Source of the DNA: Camelus ferus
Taxonomy: Eukaryota
Direction of reading: 5' to 3'
Assembly: GCF_009834535.1 (NCBI RefSeq)
Contig: NC_045696.1
Coordinates: 14,448,001 to 14,512,000, forward strand
DNA: 64,000 nucleotides
Shown: piece after piece, positions 38,550-52,736 of the stretch
How positions within the stretch are numbered: the first letter of the stretch is position 1
Layout: each line of letters begins with the position of its first letter
Translations under genes and position numbers: made by a program
The notes under the pieces: model-generated
The model's input: only the letters and a program-made list of their open reading frames with translations
What the model was told of the DNA's origin: nothing
The model's database searches: none

Positions 38550-41125
38550 GTTTTTCCCCATTTACCACTCATTCAATCCTCTGAGTCTTAGGGGCAATTT
38601 ATGCAACTAGTAATCTAATTTCTATCTCTATAGACTTGTCTAGTATAGCTATTTCGAATAAATGGAATCATAAAATACGTGGTGTTAAGTGACTGCCTTT
38701 CACCTGACATAAGGTTTTCAAGGTTCATCCATATTGTAGCACGCATCAATACTTCATTCCTTCTTATTGCTCAATACTATTCCATTATATGGACATATCA
38801 CATTTTGTTTATCAATTTATCAATTGACAAGCATTTAGGATACTTCTACTTTTTCTGAAAACTTTTTTTACTGAGTTATAGTCATTTTACAATGTTGTGT
38901 CAATTTCCAGTGTAGAGCACAATTTTTCAGTTTTAGATGAACATACATACATTCATTGTCACATTTTTTTTTCACTGCGAGCTACCACAAGATCTTGTTT
39001 ATCTACTTCTACATATGCCTGTCAGTATCTACAAGTTTTGAATTCCCAGTCTGCCCCTTCCCACCCCGCGCCCCCTTGGCAACCACAAGTTTGTATTCTA
39101 TGTCTATGAGTCTGTTTCTGTTTTGTATTTATGTTTTTGTTTTTTTTGTTTTTTTTAGATTCCACATATAAGCGATCTCATACGGTATTTTTCTTTCTCT
39201 TTCTGACTTACTTCACTTAGAGTGACATTCTCCAGGAACATTCATGTTGCTGCAAATGGTGTTATGTTGTCAGTTTTTATGGCTGAATAGTATTCCATTG
39301 TATAAATATACCACTTCTTCTTAATCTAGTCATCTGTTGATGGACATTTAGGCTGTTTCCATGTCTTGGCTATTGTAAATAGTGCTGCTATGAACATTGG
39401 GGTTCAGGTGTCTTTCTGAAGTAAGGTTCCTTCTGGATATATGCCCAGGAGTGGGATGACTGTGTCATATGGTAAGTCTATTCCTAGTCTTTCGAGGAAT
39501 CTCTATACTGTTTCCCACATTGGCTGCACCAAACTGCATTCCCACCAGCAGTGTAGGGGGTTTCCCTTTCTCCACAGCTTCTCCAGCATTTGCCATTTGT
39601 GGACTTTTGAATGATGGCCAGTCTGACTGGTAGGATATTTCTACTTTTTGACTTTTATTATGAATAATGCTACTATGCACATTAGTACACAAGTTTTTGC
39701 ATGGATATATATTTGTATTTCTCTTGGGTATATACCTATGAGTAGAATTGCTGAATCATATGGTAACTGTAAGTTTAACATTTGGAAAAAGTGTCAAACT
39801 GTTTTCCAAAGTGGCTGCACCTTTTTGCATTTCCAGCAGCAATGTATGATTGTTCTAATTTGCCACATCCTTCAGAACACTTGATAATGTCTATCTTTTT
39901 TTACTATAGCCATTCCACTTGGTCATGATATATATTTCTTTTTACGTATTGTGAGATTCAGTTTTCTGGTATTTTTAAAGGATTTTTGTGTCTCTTTATG
40001 AGTTATTGGTTGTAGTTTTCTTCTGATGTCTTTGTCTGGTTTTGATATTATGGTAATACTAGCCACATAGCAAGAGTTGGAAACTGAGTTTACATTTTCC
40101 TCACATTATATATATTATTTGCAAGTATTTATCTCATTTTGTGACTTGGTTTTTCATTTTCTTGATGCTATTTTTTTTTTCATCATGAAAGTTTTTACTT
40201 TTGATGAAGTCCAAATTATCTTTATTTTCTGTTGTTGTTCTTTGTGTTCTTAGTATCATATCTAAGAAGGCTTCACCTAACCCAAGGTCTTGAATATTTG
40301 TGCCTGTATTTTCTTCTAAGAATTTTAGTTTTGGCTTTTACATTTTACTATGATCAGCTTTGAGTTAATTTGTGTGTGTGGTGTAAGGAAGCTATTCAGC
40401 TTCATCCTTTTGAATGTGGATATTCAGTTGTTCCAGCACTATTTGTTAAAACAACTATTCTTTCTCCCATTGAATTGTGTTGACACCCTTATTTATAGTA
40501 AATTGACCATAAATGTGAAAGTTTATGTCTGGACTCTCAGTTACATCTTATTAATGTATTTGTCAGTCCTTATGCCTGTACCACTCTGTTTTGATTACTG
40601 CAGCTTCACAGCAAGCTTTAAAACTGGAAAGTGTGAGACCTGGAGTTCTGCTCCTCTTTTTGAAGATTGTTTTGGCTGTTCTTGAATTTCCATATGATAT
40701 TCAGAATAACTTTTCATATTCTGCAAAATAAGTCATTTGGGATTTTGATAGCGCTTGTGCTAAATCTGTAGATCAATTTGGAAAGTATTACTATTTTTAA
40801 AATAAACTTTTCAATCCATGAACATAAGTCATCTTTCTAATTATTTAGATCTTTCTCAATTTTCTTCAAGAATGTTTACTAGTTTTTACAATGTACATTT
40901 TTCACTTCTTTTGTTACATTTATTTTAAATTATTTTTTTTTCTTTTTGATGCTATTGTAATTGAGATTATTTTTGAAATTTCATTTTGATTATTCATTTC
41001 TACCATATAGAAATACAGAGATACAACTGATTTTTTTACATTGATTTTGAACTTAAATTCTGAAAACTGATAAACTGATGAACTAATTTCTTAGTTCTGT
41101 TTTGTTTTTTTTTTTCAGTGAATCC
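38550..41125 (-). mobile_element. Old L1 (L1MB/MC-type) 3' region and ORF2 end, split by a young L1
   Basis: tcaaggttcatccatattgtagca; gtcaaactgttttccaaagtggctgcacc; gatattcagttgttccagcactatttgttaaaa; aatctgtagatcaatttgg. Confidence 0.88.
38855..39630 (-). mobile_element. Young lineage-specific L1, 5'-truncated
   Basis: Low-divergence L1 3'UTR and ORF2 end (reverse ORF ...ANAGEAVEKGKPPTLLVG); 19-bp TSD taggatacttctacttttt (38836-38854) / taggatatttctacttttt (39631-39649). Confidence 0.92.
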
Positions 41126-41470
41126 CTAAACATACATTTTTAGGGAAGGGTTATGGAGGCAAAGACTGCCAGGATACACCAATATCTATGTTCTTTCCTC
41201 TGCACAGGTACAGGTCCAAACTAGATTTCCCAGCTCTTTTACATTAAGTGTGGCCATTAGGCTGAATTTTGGCCTATGGAATGTGGGCAGAAGGGATATA
41301 CGCTATGTTCAGGTATATACATTTTCCCAAGCCATCCTGTAGTGCCCTTCCTTCCTTTGTGTGCAGCTACTGATGTAGATGCAGTAAAGAACTCTCAGGT
41401 CTGAGAAAATGGCAGATGGTGCAAAGGAGCCAGAATCTAAATTAACTGTATGAAGTAGACCCTTCCACTC

Positions 41471-43986
41471 TGCAATGGGCTGAATTAAATCTCCCCCAAA
41501 ATTTGTATGTTGAAGCCCTAACATTCAATGTGACTGTATTTGGAGATAGGACTTTTGTTCAATGATAAATGTTAAATTAGGTCAAGAGGATAGGTCCCCA
41601 ATCCAATAGGATCTGTGGCCTTATGAGAAGAGGAAGGGAGGAAGACTTCTGTCTCTCTTTCTGCTAGGAGAGGGCACAGAGAGAAGGGGGGCCACGTGTA
41701 AGCCAAGAAACAACCTCTCATCAGAACTCAAAGCAGCCAGAACCTTGGTCTTGAACTTCTAACCTCCAGAAGGGTGAGAAAATTAATTCTGTTGAAGCTG
41801 CTCAGTCTATCTTAGTCAGTTTGGGCTGCTATGACAAAGTGCCATGCTGATAAACAACAGAAATTTATTTCTCACAGTTCTGGAGACTGGGAACCTGAGA
41901 TTAGGGTGTTAGCATGGTGGGGTTCTGGTAAGGGTCCTCTTCTGGGTTGTAGACTTCTTGTATCCTGACATGGTAGAAAGAGGGTGAGAGAACTCTCTGG
42001 GGTTCCTTTTATAGGGACAGTAACCCAATTCATGAAGGCTCTACCCTTCTGATCTAATTACTTCCCAAACACCCCACTTTCTATACCAACACATTGGAGG
42101 TTGGAATTTCAACATATGCATTTTGGGATGATACAATCATTCAATCCCTTGCATGGTCTATGGTACTTGTTGTGGAAGCCCACAACAAGTACTGATTTTG
42201 GCACTGAGAAGTGGGATGCTGTTGTAAAAAATGCCTGAATATGTGGAAGCATTTTTGGAACTGGGTAATGTGTGGATGCTGGCAGTGTTTTGAGGTGTAT
42301 GCTAGAAAAAGCATAGTTTACTGTGAACAGAATGTTGATAGAAATATGGAATTTAAAGGCCATTCTTGTGAGGTATCAGACAAAAATGAAGAACAGGCTA
42401 TTAGAAATTATAGGAAAGGTTACCCTTATTATAACTGGCAAAGAGCATGGCTGAAATGCATGCTAGTGTTTCATGGAAAGTAGAACTTGGAAGCAGTGAC
42501 ATTAGATGCAGTGCAGAGGAGATTTCTAAGCAAAGTATTGAAGGTACAACTGGAAATCTTATTGCTCATTGTAAAATGTGAGTGGAGAGGGATGGATTGA
42601 GGAAGAAATTTTTAGCCAAAGGGACCAGAACTTGGAGATTTGAAAAAAAAATCAATATATACTATTCGAAAAATGAGAAAGCTTGTTCTGAAGGGAACAC
42701 TACGGGTGTGATTGAGCAACCACTTGATTAAGAGATTATAGGTGTGACTCATGAACTAAATCAGTCATCCCAGTGGAAGCCAGGAATAAAGAGGGTTATG
42801 CCAGCCGAACCACTGCCAGCTTGGGCTAAAGTGGACAGAAAAAATGAGAAGAAACGAAGGAAGGCTGTTGGATTTCTTAGATCTTACAGGATTGGAAAAA
42901 AGAGTTATTTGGCTGTGAATGTGTGCTATTCCTCAAGAAAAGGAAAAATGACCCCCAAAGGCCATTTAGAGATCATCAAGGCTGCCTCCTGAGTTTCAAA
43001 GGGTGAACCATTGTTTAAATATCAACAAGCCAGGTGACCTTCAGCTGAATCTTTGGGGGTGGGGCCACCTGAAAAGCTTTGCAGGTGGGGCTTCCCAACA
43101 GAATTTAAGGGTAGTGTCCAGGGGTATGGAATTGCTGCCCTAATGGTTTCTGAGGGTGGGACCCCACCTCCTCAATGAGTCAGAGAGCAGAACATTGAGC
43201 AAAGAGGGTTGTTCTTAAGCCTTAAGAGCTAATATAATTTACCTTGCAAACTTTTAGACTTGCTTGGGACCAAGCACCTCTTTCCCCTTTCAGATTTTTC
43301 CCTCAAAAGGGAGAAAATTGGGAATTCAAAAAATGGGCATGTCCATCTTACGCCTGTTTTACCATTGCACTTTGAAAACATACAACGTTTCTGGTTTCAC
43401 AGGTTCACAGCCGAAGATGAATTTTGCCTCAGGATGAGTTGTACCTCGAGTTTTACTCATACTTGATTTAGATAATATTTAGATGAGAGTTTGGATTTTA
43501 GACTTTATAATTGATGCTGGAACAAGTTAAGACTTTGGGGCTGTTAGGTTGGAAATAATGTATTTTTCATGTGATAAGGACATGAATTTTGGAGGCCATA
43601 AATAGAATGCTATGGCATGAATTGTGCCCCCCCCCCCAAATTCAAATGTTGAAGCCCTACTTCCCAATGTGACTGTATTTGAAGATAAAGCTCTTAGGAG
43701 GTAATTAAGATTAAATGAGGTCATAACAGTGGATCCCAATCCAATAAAATTGGTGGTCTTATAAGAAGAGGAAAAGAAAGAGTGAGACCTCTGTTTTCCT
43801 GCTGCAGAAAGACACAGAAAGAAGGTGGCCGTCTGCAAGTCAAGAAGAGAGCTGGCACCAGAAACAGAATCAGCCACAACCTTGATCTTGGACTTTCAAG
43901 CTCCAGAACTTTGAGATAATAAATATCTGTTGTTTAAGGAACCTAATCTATAGTACTTGTTATGATAAACTTTGCTGACTAATACA
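41471..43986 (+). mobile_element. Complete MaLR element (MLT1B-type): LTR 41471-~42190, internal ~42191-43607, LTR 43608-43986
   Basis: Two direct LTRs sharing ccaaa...atgttgaagcccta...caatgtgactgtatttg; internal starts gattttggcactgagaagtggg and ends gacatgaattttggaggcc (polypurine-tract region). Confidence 0.85.
41808..42153 (-). mobile_element. MLT1A-type solo LTR inserted in reverse into the 5' LTR
   Basis: cttagtcagtttgggctgctatgacaaa...aaatttatttctcacagttctggagactggg...cattcaatcccttgca; TSD cagtc / tggtc. Confidence 0.85.
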
Positions 43987-44778
43987 TCCTCCCATGGTGC
44001 CAACTTGCTTTGGATCATGACATGAAGAGGCAAACAATTATATTGTTTGAAGCCAGTAAAAACTTGGAATGGTCAACCTGCTATGACTAATATGGTAATG
44101 GAAGACAATATGTGGAAAACGAATAATAAAGAGACACCTGGTAGCTGCCAAGAACCCAAGGAAGCAAGAGATTTACCATAGGATGCAGAATATTATCACT
44201 TAGGTTCTTTGACAAAGAAGATAGTCATCATGTTAATCCATGTAACTCTGTGAGGGGAAAAAAATAATTTAGAAATTCTTCAAGAAGTTTGTCCCAACCA
44301 TGTGAAAGGCTGAACCAGATTTAGCAATAATGGGTACAGAAAAGCACCAGCTTTGTTTGTTTTTTAGTAGCTGTCAAAACAAAAAGTTGAGAGTAAACTA
44401 CAAACAGAAGGATATATTCCTAACAAGCACATTCTTGGTTTGAGGAATGAAACAAAGCAGAAGAGTAATGATTGGTGGAGCCACAGCACACAAAGTCTTA
44501 AATGTGAAATTCATGCCCGATAAATAGAGTCCATTTAAAGCACAGCTTCAGTCTTGAATTGGAAATTTTGCTTTATTTCTCAAATACAAGAGTTTATTTC
44601 CAATAGTTTTTTTTTTAAGAGAGAATTTGCATGACACTTTTGAACCATTGCATATCTGTGGATGTTTCCACAGTAACCTTTTGCTAGAGGAAAAAGTTGC
44701 TTTGTTTATTAGTTCTAATAGCCTGTTATACTCCAGTAGTAAACATGCCCCTCAATCTTTGAAGTTTACAAATCCAAG

Positions 44779-45228
44779 TTTGGTAGGCAGAATCGTGGTC
44801 CCCCAAGATTTCTGTGTCCCAGTCTTCCATATGTTACCATGGCAAAAGGGAATTTGCAGATGTGATTGTCTCTTGATATGGGATGACTATCCTGGAATAT
44901 ATGAATAGGTCCAATATAACTATGACAGTCCTTATAAGAAGAAGACAGGAGGGTCAGAGTCTAGGAGATGTGAGGATAGAAGCAGAGGTTGGAGTGATGT
45001 GGCTGTGAGTTAGGCATGTAGGCAGCCTTTAGAAGATGAAAGGCATAAGAATGGATTGTTCCCTAAAGTCATCAGAAAGAAAGCAGTTGGGCCATCTTGA
45101 CTTCAGTCCTGCGAGAACCGTTTTGACTTCTGACCTCTAGAACTGTTGGATAACTTGTGGGTTTTTTTTTTTTTTTTTAACCACTAAATTTATGACCATT
45201 TGCTACAGTAACAGTAGGAAGCTAAACA
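44779..45228 (+). mobile_element. MaLR solo LTR (MLT1C/D-type)
   Basis: tggtaggcagaat...ggcaaaagggaatttgcagatgtgatt...gacttctgacctctagaactgt...acagtaggaagctaaaca. Confidence 0.85.
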
Positions 45229-47329
45229 GCAGGTTTACTCTTATTGACGTCCCAACACAATTGCAGCTCTGTTTGTTTTCCTCCTAGCAGTGATTGAGGC
45301 ATTCTGAGTCTCTGTCCATCAGTAACTCAGTCTTATGAACAGATTCCTAATTTGCTGCAGAGAGCAGGCTAGGACTGTCCAGTCACGCAGGAAGCTTGTA
45401 ACAGCCAGAACTGCCTTATGTAAGTTTCTTCCACCACGCCCCTCCCTGCCCTGGCCTCCCCCTTACTGGCCAGAATTCAGTCATATGGCCCCAATCTAAG
45501 TGAAGAGAGTCTGGGAAACAGCTGGCACACAGAAAGAGGGAACTGTTCAGTGAATACATAGAATTTTTCTAGCAGAGTCATGTATAAAACTATTTCTTTT
45601 CAAAATCCTGTAATAGTTTTTACATATCTTCTCAAATGTAATTTTGGAAGGGAGATGGCTGATACCAATAAGAATATTGTTTCTTTGGACAAAATTTATA
45701 TTTCCTCTCTAGAGTTTCATAAGATTCTTTTTTGCATTTATCTTTTATTTTTACCAAAGAATTATTTTCAGAAAGGGTATATTTTGTATGTATTTGCATA
45801 GAATACAGCAAATCCTTTAAATTGAGCTGTATTATCACTGGTATGATTGATATATATATATTTGTATATCAACTTGCAGTTTTTAATTCATAAATTTTAT
45901 TCCTTCAATTATTTCAAATTAGGTGTTCTTTTTCCTGTTTTTGTTTCTAAATCAGGATCACTTATATTTCTCAAAATCAACCTCTGTCCCCTTACCTTTG
46001 GGATAATCTTTTATCATTTGATATTTATCATGTTTTTCCTCTACTTTCTGCAATAATTTCTCAAATTGATTCTCTGAATCATTTAACAATATTGTTCACA
46101 GTGTCCCTTGTACTGATTTTTAAAACATAGATGTTACATCTATTGTCTATTGTTAAAATTTAACTTGGAGCACATATATAGTGTGATGATTGCCTGACAT
46201 CATAAATTGAATTAACAGAATAAATATTTTTTAGTGTTCATATGAGGATAAAATTAGATAATATATGTCAAGTGTTCAGAGATGAACCTTCAAGCTCAGA
46301 ATGGTGTAGACTCAATATTTTGCACTTGGGAATATGAAAATTATTGATTTTTTCTAGGGAAATGATACAAAGATGAACAGAACACTATTCCTGTCTTTGG
46401 AGTACACAGCTGAATGAGAAGAAATGGCAATTTAAAGAGATACTTAGAGACATAACACGTGTTTAGAGTTGGAGATTTTTATGCTATACATACCCATTAC
46501 CTTAAATATTAACATGTCAGTGTTGAATTTATAGGCAGATGGTAAATGTACCCTAGGTTTTTCAAAACTCTTCAGTTGGAAAATTTATAAAAATCAGTTT
46601 CCAGTGGTAACTGAAGAGTTTCCATTTGAGTGTAAATTGAACACTTGACTTATAATTCATTGTTATAATTTGAGACCCATTTTCGTGTTTTGTTAAAAAT
46701 AACCAGTTTTGTTATTGCAACACTTGTGGGTCTTTGGATTTCCTAAAACATGAAAGCAGACCTCTTGTCATTTTTATTAATTATGATTTAATACAATGGG
46801 CAAACTACAAAGTCTCATTCAGCACATCTAAAATTAGGTGACCCTCTCCCACTGATTTTAATGCACTTGCCAATTTTTCCTCTGAAGCACGTGGATAAAT
46901 ATTGAAGCACGATTTCAGAAAAGAATCATCCAACAATCATCTCTTGAGTAGAATTTTAGTTTTGACACATCCTGTTTTTTCATATGGTATATATTACAAA
47001 ACTTGAAATCAGTATCATGATTATTACCTCTTGTGATCAAGAGAAGTATTTATATAATAAAAATTCCAGGGTTTAAGAAAAAAGTTTTTAACATCTTAAA
47101 TGAAGCAAATTTTCAATAATTTTGCAATTTTACCCTACATAGACTTATTTTTAGGGTGACTGAAATAAAGTCAAAGCAAACATTTTGATAATAATATGAG
47201 TAGTATCTATTCCTCTGTTATTTCTACATATTGGACTATTGAGTCATTATGATTTTTATTACCTATGATTGATTACAGCAAATGGCAAAAATCAAGTTTA
47301 ATCATTTTAGACATTTTAATATTCATAAT

Positions 47330-47560
47330 AATAATATAAATGACATTTATAAAATCAATAGTTGTATAAGTATAGTAGGTTATATCCAATCAGTGTTTTA
47401 CAATTTCCAAAGCACTTACATATCCATTATGTTGTTTTATCTTTTCAACTACTCTATGAGAGAGATAAGAAAGATGTTAGAATCTTAGAATCATGGTCAA
47501 AGAATTAAGCAGTTTAGCAAAGATCATAAACAAGTTAGTTATAGATTTTGGAAGAGAGCT
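47330..47560 (-). mobile_element. MIR SINE (diverged)
   Basis: ttacaatttccaaagcacttacatatccattatg...ttcaactactctatgagag. Confidence 0.5.
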
Positions 47561-47834
47561 ACTTTTGTTTATTCCAATAAATAAAATAAATCCCATTAGT
47601 CTTTGGCAAACGTACACTGAGAGAATTATATAAAAATACATAAAGTAATTTTCTAAGCAAATGGCAGCTCTGTAATATTTATTGCCAAACAATCATCCCG
47701 ATTTATCTTGTCATTCTGATGCAATTGTTACTGTCTCATTACGAGACAAGGTCATCTTTCCACTGAGATCCTCACAGCTTTCATGTAAAACTCCCAGAGA
47801 TTCAAATTAGCTCAGGTTGGATTTGATGTTTTGT

Positions 47835-48735
47835 TTACCTGTATATTTAACTTTATAAGAAGCTACCAAACTGTCTTTCCTAAGTGGCTGTACTCATCTA
47901 CCTTCTCATCAGTGGTATGAGAAATCCAGTTGTTTCCCTTCCTTACTAACACTTGGCATTTCAACCTTTTAAATTTTAGTCACCTTAATAGGGTTTCATT
48001 GTTACCTTATTTAAGTTTTGATTTGTATTTCTCCAGTGAGTAAGGATGTTGAGCATACTTTCATGTGCTTATTTCATGTGTTTGTTTATTATCTTTTTTG
48101 AATGGTCTTTTAAAATCTCTTGTCTATTTTTTTAAAACTCCATTTGTTTTCTTATCACTGAATTTTTAAATTTTATTTAAAAATTTTTATTGACAGAATT
48201 GATTTGCAATGTTGTGTTAATTTCTGGTGTACAGCATAGTGATTCGGTTGTACATATATATTCTTTTTCATAGTCTTTTTCGTTATAGTTTATCACAAGA
48301 TATTGAATAGTTCCCTGTGCTATAGAGTAGGACCTTGTTGCTTATCTATTCTGAATCCAGTATTTTGTATCTGCTAATTTCAACCTCCTAATTTATCCCT
48401 CCCACCTTTTCCCCTTTGGTAACCCTAAATTTGTTTTCTATGTCTGTGAGTCTGTTTCTCTTTTGTAAGTAAGTTCATTTGCATCTTTTTTTTTAAAGAC
48501 ATTATTATTGAATGTTAAGGATACTTTTAATATTATAAATATAAGTGCTTTATCAAATATATTTGATAAATAGTAAAGGTATTTTATCTCAGTCTATGAC
48601 TTATCTTTTTATTTTGTAGCAGCATATTACAGAGAGCATAAATCTTCAGTTTTGATTAAGTCTAATTTATCTTTCTGTCGTTGTCTTCTTTTCTCTTTTG
48701 TGATTTTTATATTCTCTCTAAGAAATCTTTAAAAG
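47835..48735 (-). mobile_element. Old L1M fragment, split by a younger L1 3' end
   Basis: aactttataagaagctaccaaactgtctttcc..aagtggctgtac; gatgttgagcatactttcatgtgcttatt. Confidence 0.8.
48169..48500 (-). mobile_element. 5'-truncated L1 3' end
   Basis: ttgcaatgttgtgttaatttctggtgtacagcatagtgattc...ttccctgtgctata...; decayed TSD ttatcactgaatttt / ttattattgaatgtt. Confidence 0.85.
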
Positions 48736-49921
48736 ATTTAACCAAAAAGAAAAAGCTCCAAGTACTATAGAACACCGAGAACAACAAATACTGGAGTCTG
48801 GGTCTCTTGGTAGAGATTAAAAAAGAAGTTATGTCCAGTAGCAACTATTTAAACTAATAATAGCTTAATCCTTTGTTTTCCTCTCAGTAAAACCATTTTC
48901 ACAATGTATACTGCCATAAAGGTCTGTGTTTATTCAGATGGGGAGTGTTTATTTTTTGAAGAAAGTGAACTTTCATCTTTTATCACGTGTGCCAAGAAGA
49001 ACTTGAAGTTTTTTAAGGAGTGAAAGCATTTTGATGCTTTCTTAATTGGCTCAGATTCAAACATTGTACTGTACATAGTGCATGTAAGAACATCTTCTTT
49101 AAAAACGTGACAGCAGCAGACAGCAGCATCCAATCAGAATAACATCATGCCTGCCACATGCTTCACAACTGTACACACACAAACTGCTCTGATGGCTACT
49201 GCATCAGGAACATGGCAGCAAGAGTTTCCAGATTTAAATTTTTTATTAGAAAAGGATGGCAATCATCCATTTTTAACAATAAATGTGTGTTCTTGTAGTA
49301 TCTGTCTCGTCCAAATCTCCAGAAACTTGGCTACATTTCAGATAAACATTTCAGACATGCATTTTTCTGAATCAAAACCAACTCCAAATCCATCCTGTTT
49401 AGGAGTATTACAGTGAAAACGACTCTAAAATAAAAGTAACATTTCGTCAGTTATGCTGATTCCTTCAATAGTATTTTTTCATCTGTTTGTTTTTCTGTCT
49501 GTTTTTGTAGAGTATGGTTGGACTACAAGGGAGTCCAATACATGTAACATTTGTAACACAGAAAATAATGGTCAGCCTCATTCTAGAGCCCAAAAGGGAA
49601 ACAAGTTTGCTAAGGGAATTTCTGCTTAGTGGTTTTGTTCTCTTCCATGTATCAGAGAAGCAACCCATAGGAAATTAAGGTCCTTCCTCCCTCCAAGGGA
49701 TGGGTAGAAATGTTATATGTGGACTCACTAAAGGATTAGTATGAAAGTTGTTAGGACCTGGCATTTCCTAAGGCTATGGAAATTTGAGAATAATGGAATC
49801 TTTGGAGTGATCATAAATTATCACATCAAAATGATATTGAACATTGGCTTGTTTTCTTTCATAATTTTCCATGAGACGTTGGGTCAACCACATATTCTTA
49901 TTGGATAACTTAAGGTAGGGA

Positions 49922-49923
<2 letters not shown>

Positions 49924-49957
<34 letters not shown>
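49924..49957. repeat. (TG)n microsatellite
   Basis: About 17 perfect units. Confidence 0.97.
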
Positions 49958-49958
<1 letters not shown>

Positions 49959-50934
49959 TATCTATGGATAATTCTGGCTCAGCCACCAAATGACCTGGAT
50001 TTAAATAAGGGCTAAGTTTCTGGAAGATTCTTTCTATAAGAATTTTAGGACCATACACCAGAAGTACAAGATTTGTACCCATAATGACAGGTGCTTAGCA
50101 ATAGACCCATTCTGATCTCTACAAAATTGCTTTATTTTTCCCTGTATTGTGCTATTGTTACCCAAAATCAATATGCAGTATTAGTTGTGGAGGCCAATAT
50201 ATCACAGAATACTCAGCACTGAAGCCATGTGTTTCTCTTTTCCTATGATGATTCAAGAACCCATAGAGAAAAAGCAGCCTTTAAAATCCCACCCTAAATT
50301 TCCACCTTGAATAATATTCTCATTCACTGTTGGCAGGTGGATTATTGCTTTTATATTTAGACCCTTCAGTTCTGGTGATTCTTCTTGGTTTCTTAGGCTT
50401 CCTTTTAAAAGCTCAGTAGTTCTTAGGCACCATAAAAGGAAAACAACTATCTCATTTATCTAGTAACTTCATATTCCTTTTTGCAAAGGATTTGAAATAT
50501 TTGTTTTCATTCCTATAAAATATTTTAACTACAAAGTTAATCCAAGTTCATTTCAAATTCACCATCAATAAATGATACCTACAGAAAATATTCACTATGT
50601 CTGTTTACCACATCCTCAGTACAGAAATGTGAACATTCCCAAACTCTAAAGTTTATTGCCCTATAGAACATTAAACTGATGTCTCATTTAAAAAAAGAAT
50701 AAAGGAAAGGAAAAAAAAAAAAGTCTATCTCAATGTGCCCTTGCTAATGAACTATTTAAGTTCCTGTTCCTCAAAGGATTGTTGAACCAGCATTACCATT
50801 TACTGGTTCTTTCATTAATGAGTTAGTTACATCTTTTTCCTGCCGAGCAAGTGTTAGTTTGGGTCTGCATGCTCCTGTTTGAGTCATATTCCAGTCTTCA
50901 TCAAATAAGTTTCTTGAGAGTAAAAATGGTGTGT

Positions 50935-51043
50935 TTTTTTTTTTCCTTCTTATCATATTCCCAGCACTTCATACAGTGCCAGGAACATAGTAGGCATGTA
51001 ACACATAGCTTTTGAGTGAATGAATGAATGAATGAATGAATGA
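50935..51043 (+). mobile_element. L2 3' end with (TGAA)n tail
   Basis: cccagcacttcatacagtgccaggaacatagtaggc...tgaatgaatgaatgaatg. Confidence 0.75.
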
Positions 51044-52703
51044 GCCTAGCATGTCACACTTTATTCTTTAATCCCTTCAATGCCCTTCTACAGCTGATAG
51101 AAAAAAATCAAATGACTTTTCAAGTTTTATCAAGTCTTCCATGATCTTGGCCCCCACCTACCTTTTCTGCTTCTAAGTTACTGTTTGTTCACTAGGCTCA
51201 GATGGACCATGTGCTCTCTTCCAGGGACTTTGCTGATGCCCCTTTCTCTGCTTCTAACTGTCCTACGAGTATGGGCTAAATGAATAACTTATCAGCTTTG
51301 TATCCAGTGCTCCTCTGAAAGGGACAATCATCACTCCATCTCCCACCATCATTCTGCTTCTCTACAACCTATTCATTTTTACAATTTGGAACTATTTGTT
51401 TGTTTGTTTTCAGAAAGTGGAATTGTCTAGTAGGGAGCTGACTAAATGGGTCTGAATACCATGGAAGAGACCTGAAATGTGAAGTTGGGCTCAGGGAAGA
51501 AATAAAGAAGTCCAACATCCAAATGACACTTAGAGGAAGAGTCACACCTAAAGAAGGAGAAATCCAAGAGAAGATAAAGCAAGGTGGTATGATCTTGTAG
51601 CTTCCAAAGAAGAGTTATTCACAAGGTTAAAGCTGAGTGTCACATCTTGGAACATGCTGCTCACACCAAGGTACCCCCCACCTTTAGCTGAATCACACTC
51701 CCTGGCTAAGTAAGGATCACTGCCTTGGCTCTTAGAATTGCTCTTATGATTGTGTTTATCTTGTTTGCCTTTTCATTTTCCCATCAGATATTCTCTGGGA
51801 ATGTAGATTTCTCAATTTGAACACAGTTTGTACAGACACTAATTCCTTTTGGAAATGAATCTAAAATGTATGGCCCTGATAACCAAAACTACACATCAAT
51901 ATACAGGAAATTCTCTATTATCAATATTTTACCCTAGAGGTACATTTAAAAGAATAAAATATTCTTGTATAAAACCTTTAGCTTTCATTAGAACTTTTAT
52001 TAACATCTGTTCATGAATTTAGTAATAATAATAAATTAGTGGAATGTGAATTACCTAAATCTAGTGGTATTTTTAAGGTTTTATATTTATAGGTACCATG
52101 AATTCAGTGAGAATCCATTTCTTCCTTTATTTAAACAATTAGAATTTTGAAAGTTCAATCTTGAGTAAAATATTTGTCATGATGAAGCCAAAGGTAAATA
52201 GCATTTTCTGCAACCCAAATTGAGCTTATTTAGTTGTTGCCGTGTTCATTGACCTTCTTCCATTTCTTATTACATTCCTGTTATAGCAGTAGTTATAAAG
52301 GAATTAATCTTAGAATCCTAAATACAATTTTTGGAAGTACATATCTTTGCCTGAGCACTAAAGCCACTTGGTAAATTAAAGCTCAAATTCTGTCATCAAA
52401 ACTAATATTTCTATGGCTTCTCAGAAATACAATTGCTGAATTATTTTTGGCTTCACGAAGATTTTTGTGTGTGCTTATTGCTAAAAATGAGGTCAAAGAT
52501 TTAAGAGTTTGGGTTTCATTTTAAATGAGACTTAAATATAAGAAACACAATATCTTTACTAAATAGCTACAGAAACACAACCAGTCATCACTGTTAAATT
52601 AGTTTGAAAACTAGGATTGATTTTACATATTTGGGAAATCAAAACTCATGGAAATAGTAACTATGCCAGGGTAAGCTGTGGCAGGTCTGTTTCTTTCCTT
52701 TTC

Positions 52704-52736
<33 letters not shown>

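Larger units (their letters stand above)
41150..44092 (+). mobile_element. Old MLT1I/J-type LTR split by the MaLR provirus (parts about 41150-41470 and 43987-44092)
   Basis: aactagatttcccagc...gtggccattaggctgaattttggcctatggaatgtgggcagaag; right part ttggatcatgacatga...tattgtttgaagccagt. Confidence 0.6.
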
